Part shown: piece by piece, positions 26,935-34,710 of the stretch
Layout: every line of letters begins with the position of its first letter
How positions within the stretch are numbered: the first letter of the stretch is position 1
NCBI GenBank assembly: GCA_033762115.1
Contig: JANRLX010000100.1
Span: forward strand, 1 to 34,710
Direction of reading: 5' to 3'
Length of the DNA: 34,710 nucleotides
Source of the DNA: Verrucomicrobiota bacterium
GTDB taxonomy: Bacteria > Verrucomicrobiota > Verrucomicrobiia > Limisphaerales > SXQI01
Notes under the pieces: generated by a model
What the model was told of the DNA's origin: nothing
What the model saw: only the letters and a program-made list of their open reading frames with translations
The model's database searches: none
Made by a program: the position numbers and the translations under genes

Positions 26935-26997
26935 AATACGTATGCGTATTAATTCGCCCAATTTCAACCTTGATTTTTTTGCCTCCCCGCCTATGCT
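26935..26997. promoter_or_regulatory. Divergent control region: palindrome plus sigma70-like promoter
   Basis: AATACG-TATG-CGTATT at 26935-26950; TTGATT-N16-TATGCT at 26970-26997 on +. Confidence 0.45.
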
Positions 26998-27026
26998 CTC
27001 CCCCGGTTATTGGCGTATCAAGGACC

Positions 27027-27362
27027 ATGACACTGCAAATACATTGTCAATGCGGTTTTCTCTATAAATATGATTTCACTCCATCCCTCGGAGTGCAGTC
27101 AAAGCTGGTGGAATGCCCAAAGTGCGAGCGCGATGGCACTCGTGATCTCGTCCTCGAGATCGAGCGCCATGGCCTCATGCCAAAGGGCCGTTCTGCCGTT
27201 GTGGATCAACCTTCAACCATTTCCAAAAAGCCTGTGATCAAGCCCTCCCCCACCCCATTGCCCACCAATACCGTTCTTCCGGAAGACCCTCGGTTGATTC
27301 TCACGATCATCGGCATCATCGTGACTTCCAGCATGGCGTGGGCAGTCTATCTCGCCTGGTAA
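27027..27362 (+). CDS. Zinc-ribbon-like protein with C-terminal TM helix
   Basis: CQCG...CPKC, a Pro-rich linker and a terminal hydrophobic helix; RBS AAGGA before ATG 27027. Confidence 0.75.
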   Translation: MTLQIHCQCGFLYKYDFTPSLGVQSKLVECPKCERDGTRDLVLEIERHGLMPKGRSAVVDQPSTISKKPVIKPSPTPLPTNTVLPEDPRLILTIIGIIVTSSMAWAVYLAW

Positions 27363-28558
27363 AGCCCGCTCGGTTCGCAGGTTGCATCCACGAGCAGTTC
27401 GAATTCCCGCATAACTCGCTCCAACCCAAAATGGAATGGCTTCTCTGCCTTTGCTCCCCCCAGGTCAAGGGTGGGGTCGATTGCCTGGACATAGGCCTCA
27501 ATGCTGCCTGCTGGCACGCTGGTTCCATACACTCCTCCCTTCAAAATTTCCGGTATTGCTCCCGCCCGTGCCGCTATCACCGGCACCCCCAGCGCCATCG
27601 CCTCAATCACAACCCGCCCAAAAGGTTCCGGTTTGATCGAAGTGTGCATTAGCAATGAAAAATTCCGCATTACCGGCGCGACCTCCTCCTGGAATGGAAT
27701 AAAATGCACTCGCCCCGCCAGCGAAATCGCAGCAGCTTTTTCACGCAACCTTCGTTCATAATTCCCCTCTTCATTGAATGATGATCCAACCAGGACAAAA
27801 TGTTCCCGCCCCCCCTGCCTGATTCTCTCCTCCGCAATCTGCAAAAACAATTCCGGGCCTTTCCATGGCGTAAATCTTCCCACAAAACCAATCAGCTTCA
27901 CTCCCTCCGGAACTCCAAAATGTTGCAGGTCAGCCACTCCCGCCTTCGCAAACGCCTCCTTGTCGATTCCATTATGCACCACCGATGTCATCGACTCCGG
28001 AATCCCTGACGCAGTCAGCGCATTCCGTGCATAGTGCGAAACTGTCACCACATGATCGGCGGACCGCAACATCGCTTCCCGGACCACCACCAGGGGTGCT
28101 GCGGTAAAAAACTCCCTCGAAAGAATATCGTTGCACCACCAGATCGCTTTCCCCAGCAACTTCCTCGAAATGGTCGATGCTATCAAATGGTCCTTGTTGG
28201 TGCAGGTGATCGTCACATCCGGAGAAAACAACTCGCATGCCTGAACCAGTTTTCCTCGTGCCTTGATCAAATCCTGGATGACCCGAAACGAAAAAAGGAA
28301 ACAGTTCGATCCATCTACAAAGCGCAACGAATTTAATCGCGGCGGCAGAAAATAATCGTGATGGACGATCGGGAGTTTCTTTAATCGTTTTCTTAACTCT
28401 CCATTCGGAGCGGTTGCGCAACCGATCTCCCATCCCTTCCTCATGGAAGCACGGCTGAGCAGTTCCATCAGGTTGATTTCCCCGCCACCGAGAATCCGGT
28501 CAACGTGATCGACAAACAGAACGCGCTTGCGGGCGGGAGGATTCCCGGCCAGTCCCAT
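27347..28558 (-). CDS. Glycosyltransferase family 4 (GT-B)
   Basis: GGGE, VHNGID, VGRFTPWKG and EPFGRVVIEAMALGVPVIA motifs. Confidence 0.93.
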   Translation of the reverse strand: MGLAGNPPARKRVLFVDHVDRILGGGEINLMELLSRASMRKGWEIGCATAPNGELRKRLKKLPIVHHDYFLPPRLNSLRFVDGSNCFLFSFRVIQDLIKARGKLVQACELFSPDVTITCTNKDHLIASTISRKLLGKAIWWCNDILSREFFTAAPLVVVREAMLRSADHVVTVSHYARNALTASGIPESMTSVVHNGIDKEAFAKAGVADLQHFGVPEGVKLIGFVGRFTPWKGPELFLQIAEERIRQGGREHFVLVGSSFNEEGNYERRLREKAAAISLAGRVHFIPFQEEVAPVMRNFSLLMHTSIKPEPFGRVVIEAMALGVPVIAARAGAIPEILKGGVYGTSVPAGSIEAYVQAIDPTLDLGGAKAEKPFHFGLERVMREFELLVDATCEPSGLYQAR

Positions 28559-28559
28559 A

Positions 28560-30296
28560 TCAATGACTCGATGTCAGCACCAGGACCTGTTCCAGGGTCG
28601 AAATCCCCTCTCGAACCTTGTCCAAAGCCACCATGCGCAACGTTTTCATCCCCTGCTGCATCGCCAGCTTTCCGATTTCCATCGCACTCTTTCGCTCGAT
28701 GATCATCTTTCGAATTTCATCGCTGACAGTCATCACTTCAATGATCGCGCAACGCCCTGCGTAACCGCTGTTTTTGCACCGGTCACAACCACGCCCCCGG
28801 AACAACGTCACTCCTTCAAAGAATGCCGGATCGATATCCAGATCCGTAAACATTTTCGGCGGGTAGGTCACCGGCTCTTTGCAAACATTGCAAATACGCC
28901 GCATCAATCGCTGGGCGCATGCAAGGATCACTGATGAGGAAATCAAAAACGGCGGGATTCCCATGTCATCCAGACGGGCAATCGCACCAGCGGCATCATT
29001 GCAATGCATGGTGCTCAACACCTGGTGTCCTGTGAGCGCTGCCTCCACCGCGATCTCCGCTGTCTCTTCATCACGAATCTCCCCAATCATGCAAATATCC
29101 GGGTCTTGCCGAAGAATCGACCTTAACGCCGAGGCAAATGTCAGCCCGATATCCTTGTTGACCGGCACCTGGTTGATCCCCGGGATCTGAAACTCCACAG
29201 GATCCTCCACAGTCACGATGTTGTAATCCGGGTTGTTCAACTCATTCAACGCCGAGTAAAGCGTCGTCGTTTTACCAGAACCCGTCGGCCCTGTGACCAG
29301 CAACAAACCATGCGGCGCATCAATGGCTGATTTAAACCGCCTGAATGTTTCAGCATCCATCCCCAGCTTGTCGATGCTCGCGGAAAGGTTCGATTTATCG
29401 AGCACACGCAACACGCATTTCTCACCATGGACCGTCGGCAAAAATGAAACACGCAAGTCAATGTCCCGCCCCCCAACTTTCATCCGCATTCTTCCATCCT
29501 GCGGAAGCCGCCGTTCTGCAATGTTCAGGTTACTCATGATCTTGAGGCGCGACATGAGTGCCACCTGTAAATTTTTCGGTGGCGGGGTGGCATCCACCAG
29601 CGCCCCGTCAATCCGGTAACGCAAACGCACCATTTTCTCGAACGGTTCAAGGTGAATATCACTGGCCCGGTCCTTGATCGCCTGCACCAGGATCAGGTTC
29701 GCCAATTTGATGACCGGCGCTTCCTGGGTCGAATCCTTGAGCTCCTCCTCACTCAGGTTTTCTATCGTTTCGGAAATCTGCTCAACATTCTCCGCCTCAG
29801 CTTCCAGGTCAGCCTGCCGCTGAGACTCCTTGATGATCTCCTCCATGCTCCCGGCTTTGGTGTCCAGATTATTGATCTTATCAATAATCGACTTCTCCGA
29901 GGCGATCATCGGGAACACCTCAAGCTTCGTGATGCGCTTCACGTCGTCCAGCGCAAGAACGTTCAACGGATCAACCATCGCCAAAAACAACTTGTTCTCG
30001 ATCCGTGAGACGGGAAGGACCTTGTGATTGAGCGCAATTTCCTTGGGCAGCAGGCTCGCAATGTCCTGTGGAATGCCGATGCGGGCGAGATTCACTGGTG
30101 GAGTGCCTAGCACCCGTCCCATCGAAACTACCATGTCGGTTTCGCTGATGTACGATTTCTCCATCAGCAATTTTAAGAGGCGGGTCCCTTCCTTTTTTTG
30201 CTGGGCGAGCAATTCCTCTACCTGCTTTTGCGAAAGCAGCCCATCTTCCACCAGCGCATCTGCGATTCGCTCACCAAAGGACTTGATTGGAGGCAT
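28560..30296 (-). CDS. pilB: Type IV pilus assembly / T2SS GspE-PulE family ATPase
   Basis: ASDIHLEP, RLPQDGR, GPTGSGKTTT, TVEDPVE, LRQDPD, GHQVLSTMH and CxxC...CxxC motifs; MshEN-like N-terminus. Start moved to ATG 30296. Confidence 0.92.
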   Translation of the reverse strand: MPPIKSFGERIADALVEDGLLSQKQVEELLAQQKKEGTRLLKLLMEKSYISETDMVVSMGRVLGTPPVNLARIGIPQDIASLLPKEIALNHKVLPVSRIENKLFLAMVDPLNVLALDDVKRITKLEVFPMIASEKSIIDKINNLDTKAGSMEEIIKESQRQADLEAEAENVEQISETIENLSEEELKDSTQEAPVIKLANLILVQAIKDRASDIHLEPFEKMVRLRYRIDGALVDATPPPKNLQVALMSRLKIMSNLNIAERRLPQDGRMRMKVGGRDIDLRVSFLPTVHGEKCVLRVLDKSNLSASIDKLGMDAETFRRFKSAIDAPHGLLLVTGPTGSGKTTTLYSALNELNNPDYNIVTVEDPVEFQIPGINQVPVNKDIGLTFASALRSILRQDPDICMIGEIRDEETAEIAVEAALTGHQVLSTMHCNDAAGAIARLDDMGIPPFLISSSVILACAQRLMRRICNVCKEPVTYPPKMFTDLDIDPAFFEGVTLFRGRGCDRCKNSGYAGRCAIIEVMTVSDEIRKMIIERKSAMEIGKLAMQQGMKTLRMVALDKVREGISTLEQVLVLTSSH

Positions 30297-30305
30297 AACG
30301 GCCTG

Positions 30306-30333
30306 AGCATAGCCCACCTGCAATTAATTTCGA
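30306..30333 (-). promoter_or_regulatory. Putative sigma70 promoter for pilB, near-leaderless
   Basis: TCGAAA-N16-TATGCT on the minus strand, 9 nt before ATG 30296. Confidence 0.45.
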
Positions 30334-30347
30334 GCAGATTCGCTCAT

Positions 30348-31964
30348 CTAAATCACCAGCAGCGCCTGGGCCAGAACGATCTTTAGAATAATCGCCAATG
30401 GGTAAACCGTGGCATAGGGAAGATTCACCATCGAGCCGGGAAAACGTTGCGCAGCGAATGCAAGTGCAGCCGGTTGAGTTTGCATGCCTGAACTCGCCCC
30501 CAACGCTGTCTGGAGCCCCGCATCCGGTTTCCACCTCAGAAGCATCCACAAAACCAGGTGCGCAGCCAACGTCACCACAACTGTCAGCCCCACCAGAAAC
30601 CAGCCGTCAGCTTTCAATGTTTGCGGCAGCACGCTTCCAGCCTTCACTCCCGCGCATGCCAGGAAAAAAAGGATTCCCACATGCTTCAATGTCATGCTCG
30701 CCGTCAATGGCGGGGTCCAGACAAATGGCCCTGTTCTTCCCAGATGCCCAAGCATCAACGCCATCAGCAACGGTCCACCTGCGGCCCCGAGCGTGATCGG
30801 CTTCTCGATTCCCGGCACCGGGATCGGCACTGCCCCCAGCGCCAGCCCCAGTGTGATGCCCACGGCAAAACTGAAATATCCCGTTTCACTCAGCGTCGTC
30901 AGCGAATTGCCAAAAAATTTCCTGATCGCCACCTCATTCTCCTTGTAGCTGACCACTCGCACCCGGTCCCCAAGCTGCAGGACTGTTTTGTCCGTCACCG
31001 GCAAATCCACATCCGCCCGGCGCAATCGGCTGATTACCCCACCTAACTTTTCCAACCCCAGTTCCCTCAGCGGACGCCCCACAATTTCCGAATTTGAAAC
31101 AAAATATCGATGCACTTCAAAACCCGACATGTCCGACTCCACCTGCACCGATGCGATCACCCCCAGCAGATCAACGCATTTTTGCAGCTGCATCGGTGTG
31201 CCCACCACCACCACAAGATCCCCCGACTGAAGCGCCATATTTCGCGTCGCCAACAGCAACTGCCCTTCAGGACGTTTCACCCGCGTTACAATCACTCCTG
31301 TTTCCTCCTCCAACAATTCAACCACCCACGGCAAACTGCCATGCAACTCCTTCACTTCGACAGTTTGGGCACGTGGAAGAGTGACCGTGGAGGAACCCTC
31401 AGGTTGAGGTGATTTCTGGAACATCACCCTGAACTGGAACAGCAGCAACGTCGCCAACACCGCAAACGGATACGCCACCCCATAGCCCACCACTGCCGCG
31501 TTCGCGGCATTGGCGTTGCCTGTCGAGCGCAGGATGCTTTCCGTCGTCGCACCCAATGCAGGTGTGTTCGTCAATGCGCCGCAAAACAATCCTGCCAGCA
31601 CCTCCCGTGAACGCCCGCTGAACTGAATCGCCACCCATACCAGGAAGAACGCCGCTAAAATGGCCACTGACGCGCTGAAATTCAGCCTCACCCCATGACT
31701 TTTGAAACTGCTCAAAAAACCCGGCCCCGCCTCCAACCCCACACAATACACAAACAGCACCAGGCCGATCGTTTGCACCTCATGCGGCAGCACATACGCT
31801 GGTGCAAGCGCCCCAAAACTCATTCCCGCGAAAAGCACAGCTGCCAATCCCAGTCGAAAATTTCCGGGAAACCGGATTTCTCCGATCACATACCCGATCC
31901 CCACCACCATGAAGAGACGCAGCGTGGCCGATTCAGCCATCAATTCCGTGATCCAGCTCCACAT
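30348..31964 (-). CDS. AspT/YidE/YbjL-family antiporter with TrkA-C domains
   Basis: GLVLFVYCVGLEAGPGF, GALTNTPAL, YGVAYPF, GAAGGPL and YATVYP motifs; central RCK-C pair. Confidence 0.93.
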   Translation of the reverse strand: MWSWITELMAESATLRLFMVVGIGYVIGEIRFPGNFRLGLAAVLFAGMSFGALAPAYVLPHEVQTIGLVLFVYCVGLEAGPGFLSSFKSHGVRLNFSASVAILAAFFLVWVAIQFSGRSREVLAGLFCGALTNTPALGATTESILRSTGNANAANAAVVGYGVAYPFAVLATLLLFQFRVMFQKSPQPEGSSTVTLPRAQTVEVKELHGSLPWVVELLEEETGVIVTRVKRPEGQLLLATRNMALQSGDLVVVVGTPMQLQKCVDLLGVIASVQVESDMSGFEVHRYFVSNSEIVGRPLRELGLEKLGGVISRLRRADVDLPVTDKTVLQLGDRVRVVSYKENEVAIRKFFGNSLTTLSETGYFSFAVGITLGLALGAVPIPVPGIEKPITLGAAGGPLLMALMLGHLGRTGPFVWTPPLTASMTLKHVGILFFLACAGVKAGSVLPQTLKADGWFLVGLTVVVTLAAHLVLWMLLRWKPDAGLQTALGASSGMQTQPAALAFAAQRFPGSMVNLPYATVYPLAIILKIVLAQALLVI

Positions 31965-32087
31965 AAATCGCCCAACTTCGCAGCATCTTCTCACAACCCA
32001 TTTTTTTCCGCTATGCTCCTCTTGATAATTCCGCTCCGGAACCTTTCGTTGCGCTGCTGCGCAATCAGCCCTAAAAATTGGGCCCCA

Positions 32088-33089
32088 ATGAAAGCCGCAG
32101 TGTTATATGGCAAAGAGGATGTCCGAATCGAGGAGATCGCATCCCCTCCCCTTCAACCGGGCGAAGCGCGGATCAGGATTGATGCCGCCCTCACCTGCGG
32201 CACCGACCTCAAAGTGTTTCGTCGCGGCTATCACGCCCGCATGATCGTTCCTCCCGCCACCTTTGGCCACGAATTCGCCGGCACAATCCTCGAAATCTCT
32301 CCCGGAGTCACCACCTGCCGCCCTGGAGACCGGGTGGTCGTCGCCAATTCCGCTCCCTGCGGCGTTTGCTTTTACTGTCGCGAACAGCAGGAAAATCTTT
32401 GTGATGACCTTTTGTTTTTAAACGGCGCCTACGCCCAGGAAATTGTCGTCCCCTCTCGGCTCGTTTCAAAAAACCTGCTTCAACTCCAGCCCACAACCTC
32501 CTTTCATGACGCTGCCCTCACGGAGCCTCTCGCCTGCGTCGTCCAGGGCATTGACGACTGCCAGTTAAAACCCGACCAGCGCCTCTTGATCATTGGCTCT
32601 GGCCCCATCGGCTTGATGTTTGCCCGCCTCGCCAGCCATCTGGGCGCTCAAGTCACTCTCGCCGGACGCGGCGAAAACCGTTTGCAATGCGCACTTCGAT
32701 TGGGTGCTGCCAATGTCATCGATATCAGCAGGGAACAGCTCGCTGGAAAATTTGATGTCGTCATCGAAGCGGTCGGTAAACCGGAAACCTGGGAGCAATC
32801 CGTCTCCCTCCTTCGCAAAGGAGGCACAGTCAACCTTTTCGGCGGCTGCCCCGCTGGCACCACCATCTCCCTCGACACCGGGCTGATCCATTATTCAAAC
32901 CTCAAACTCATCGCCAGTTTTCATCACACTCCCAGGACAATCCGCAAAGCGCTCGCCTGCATCGAGGCAGGTGTGATCCAGGCTGCCGACTTTGTCGATG
33001 GCCACTGCGCATTGGACCAATTGCCTGCGCTGCTGGCCGAAATGACTCGCGGCAACAAAGCCGTCAAAACCCTCGTGCTGCCCGGTTGA
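32088..33089 (+). CDS. Zinc-dependent MDR dehydrogenase (sorbitol/threonine-dehydrogenase-like)
   Basis: CGTD, GHEF, CGVCFYC...C, EPLAC and GSGPIG motifs; true start is MKAAVLYG at 32088. Confidence 0.93.
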   Translation: MKAAVLYGKEDVRIEEIASPPLQPGEARIRIDAALTCGTDLKVFRRGYHARMIVPPATFGHEFAGTILEISPGVTTCRPGDRVVVANSAPCGVCFYCREQQENLCDDLLFLNGAYAQEIVVPSRLVSKNLLQLQPTTSFHDAALTEPLACVVQGIDDCQLKPDQRLLIIGSGPIGLMFARLASHLGAQVTLAGRGENRLQCALRLGAANVIDISREQLAGKFDVVIEAVGKPETWEQSVSLLRKGGTVNLFGGCPAGTTISLDTGLIHYSNLKLIASFHHTPRTIRKALACIEAGVIQAADFVDGHCALDQLPALLAEMTRGNKAVKTLVLPG

Positions 33090-33138
33090 CTCCCTTTCTC
33101 TTTCTCCTTTGCTCCGTCCGGAAATTGCCGTTCTATCT

Positions 33139-33286
33139 GGAAATCATCTCATGAATGGACAACTTGCGAATTGCCAGAAATGCGAGGCGCGAACGAAGGA
33201 ACATATCCGCAGCGATCTGTGACTGAGGAGCAACGAAATTGAAAACACCGGCAAGACCCTGCTTGGACATTTATTCGATGACTTCC
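33139..33286. mobile_element. MITE-like / REP-like non-coding element with imperfect terminal inverted repeats
   Basis: 33139-33162 and 33263-33286 are reverse complements at 18 of 24 positions; the internal sequence recurs at 22812-22990. Confidence 0.6.
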
Positions 33287-33297
33287 ACCCTTCCAAA

Positions 33298-34143
33298 ATG
33301 AAACAGTTCGCCACCATCACAGTCATTGGGAAAGACAAAACCGGTGTCATCGCCGGGCTGACCAATTTTCTTTTCGAACAAAAAGCCAATATCGAAGCGC
33401 TCGAGGAACAGGTCACTCGCGGCCAGTTCAGCATGGTGCTTCAGGCTTCCTGGCTCTCAGGACAACTCAATGAACCCGCCCTGCGCCGTGGCCTCGCTGA
33501 TTTCTCCCGCCAGTACGAAATGGAAGTCTCCGTTCGCCTCACCGAACCTCACCGCCTCCAGCGCGCCGCCATCTTCGTCACCAGGGAACCTCATTGCCTC
33601 CAAGCGTTGCTCCCCGCCTTCAAACAGGGCAAACTCAAGGCCGTTCCCGGCGTCGTCATCTCCAACCGCAAAGATCTCGCCGGAATCGTCCGCGACCACG
33701 GCCTCCCTTTCAAATGGGTCAATTGGGAAGACCGCCAAAGCGCCGAGGAACGCACCGTTGCCATCCTTGATGAACATGAAATCGACTTTCTCATCCTCGC
33801 CCGCTTCATGAAAATCCTCGGGCCCACCTTTGTCTGGCGATACAAAAACAAAATCATCAATATCCATCCCTCACTCCTCCCCAGCTTTCCGGGACCGCAG
33901 GCCTACCGTCAGGCCTACGAACATGGCGTCAAAATCATCGGCGTCACCGCCCATTTCGTCAGCATGCATCTGGACGAAGGCCCCATCATTGCCCAGGAAA
34001 GCTTCCCTTTCCGCCCCGGAATGACCTTGAAAGAAATCATGCAACGCGGCCAATCCCTGGAATCCAAAGCCCTCATCAAGGCCGTTCGCCTCTACCTCTC
34101 AAAACGCCTCGATGTCTACTGGGGAACTGTAAAAGAAGTCTGA
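33298..34143 (+). CDS. purU: Formyltetrahydrofolate deformylase
   Basis: N-terminal ACT domain (GKDKTGVIA); LARFMKIL, INIHPSLLPSFPG, AYEHGVKIIG and HFVSMHLDEGPII motifs. Confidence 0.93.
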   Translation: MKQFATITVIGKDKTGVIAGLTNFLFEQKANIEALEEQVTRGQFSMVLQASWLSGQLNEPALRRGLADFSRQYEMEVSVRLTEPHRLQRAAIFVTREPHCLQALLPAFKQGKLKAVPGVVISNRKDLAGIVRDHGLPFKWVNWEDRQSAEERTVAILDEHEIDFLILARFMKILGPTFVWRYKNKIINIHPSLLPSFPGPQAYRQAYEHGVKIIGVTAHFVSMHLDEGPIIAQESFPFRPGMTLKEIMQRGQSLESKALIKAVRLYLSKRLDVYWGTVKEV

Positions 34144-34363
34144 AACTGCTGCATTCGCAGGAGATTAACAGTTACAACTCCACTGCTGATAGCCGCTTAT
34201 TGTGGGCTACTTACTATTCCTTGGCTGCCATCCTCCACTTAACCTCCACAACACCACAAGCCTGCAACTAGGTATTCTTTTGTGCATAAATACTGTTGAC
34301 ATGTGGCTTCTCTTTTGCAACCATCACCCACATTGAAAACGACATCATGCTAACAATCCTCTT

Positions 34364-34710
34364 ATGAGCAAACGCAAACGTCTCCGCAAATTGATGCAAT
34401 TGCAGGCTGCAGCCACCATCCGCCAGCTCCCCGCTCCTGTTAACTCCGTTCCAGCCCCTGCCCAGCCGGAGGCCAGTTCCAGCCCCACCAGCAAACAAAA
34501 AGCCCTCACCCTCCTGTGGGATATGCTGCATCAGAAGTTGCAATCTGTCACCAACACCCCCGATTTGACCACCTGCGCCAAACTCATCGAACGATTCATG
34601 CGCATCGAACTGGCCGAACGAAAACAGGACCATGCCGAACGGAAACTCGCCCTCGCCAGGGAAAAACAGGAACTTGCCGCAAAAAAATTCGCTTTGGCCC
34701 AACTCAAATT
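34364..34710 (+). CDS. Hypothetical protein, truncated by the window edge (basic N-terminus, Pro/Ala linker, coiled coil)
   Basis: Open frame MSKRKRLRKLMQ...ERKLALAREKQELAAKKFALAQLK to the end; TTGACA at 34296-34301 upstream. Confidence 0.65.
   Translation, partial: MSKRKRLRKLMQLQAAATIRQLPAPVNSVPAPAQPEASSSPTSKQKALTLLWDMLHQKLQSVTNTPDLTTCAKLIERFMRIELAERKQDHAERKLALAREKQELAAKKFALAQLK

Noticed and set aside
31695..32087. 131-aa N-terminal extension of the MDR dehydrogenase in the ORF track
   Set aside because: It overlaps the opposite-strand AspT gene, and the family N-terminus begins at MKAAVLYG (32088).
32088..34143. MDR dehydrogenase plus purU as a formaldehyde/C1 detoxification module
   Set aside because: The MDR looks sorbitol/threonine-dehydrogenase-like rather than a class III formaldehyde dehydrogenase, and adjacency alone is insufficient.
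34268..34702. 144-aa minus-strand ORF at the right edge
   Set aside because: It is antisense to the plus-strand ORF from 34364, which has a more protein-like composition and an upstream promoter-like motif.
1..34710. CRISPR array, tRNA, rRNA, integrase or intact transposase
   Set aside because: None was recognised by eye; there are no regularly spaced direct repeats.

Overview
This is bacterial chromosomal DNA. The gene content (DUF6797-type propeller protein, W-x3-DP-repeat solenoid, CGWS glutaredoxin, TrhO-RluA fusion) suggests Verrucomicrobiota, which is an inference. The first ~1.9 kb is the degraded tail of an Rhs polymorphic-toxin locus: an Rhs core-end motif (YLYCHADPVNRIDPSG) sits out of frame with a PD-(D/E)xK nuclease-like C-terminal toxin, followed by a coupled 349-aa candidate immunity gene and a 42-codon YD-repeat remnant. 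The rest is mostly housekeeping and envelope genes: carA, an FHA membrane protein, a TrhO-RluA fusion, a DMT, an RND pair, an alginate-export-type porin, rpe, a phosphohexomutase, an MFS, a glutaredoxin, DUF309, a NitT/TauT ABC transporter, a GT4, PilB, an AspT/YidE transporter, an MDR dehydrogenase and purU. Features missed by the ORF track include a 40-aa Ser/Thr-rich lipoprotein, two variant copies of an inverted-repeat-bounded MITE-like element, candidate sigma54 and ECF promoters, six sigma70-like promoters sharing a 16-bp spacer, and an apparent G/C-skew reversal. I saw no rRNA, tRNA or CRISPR array. All family assignments come from recognising motifs by eye; no searches were run.
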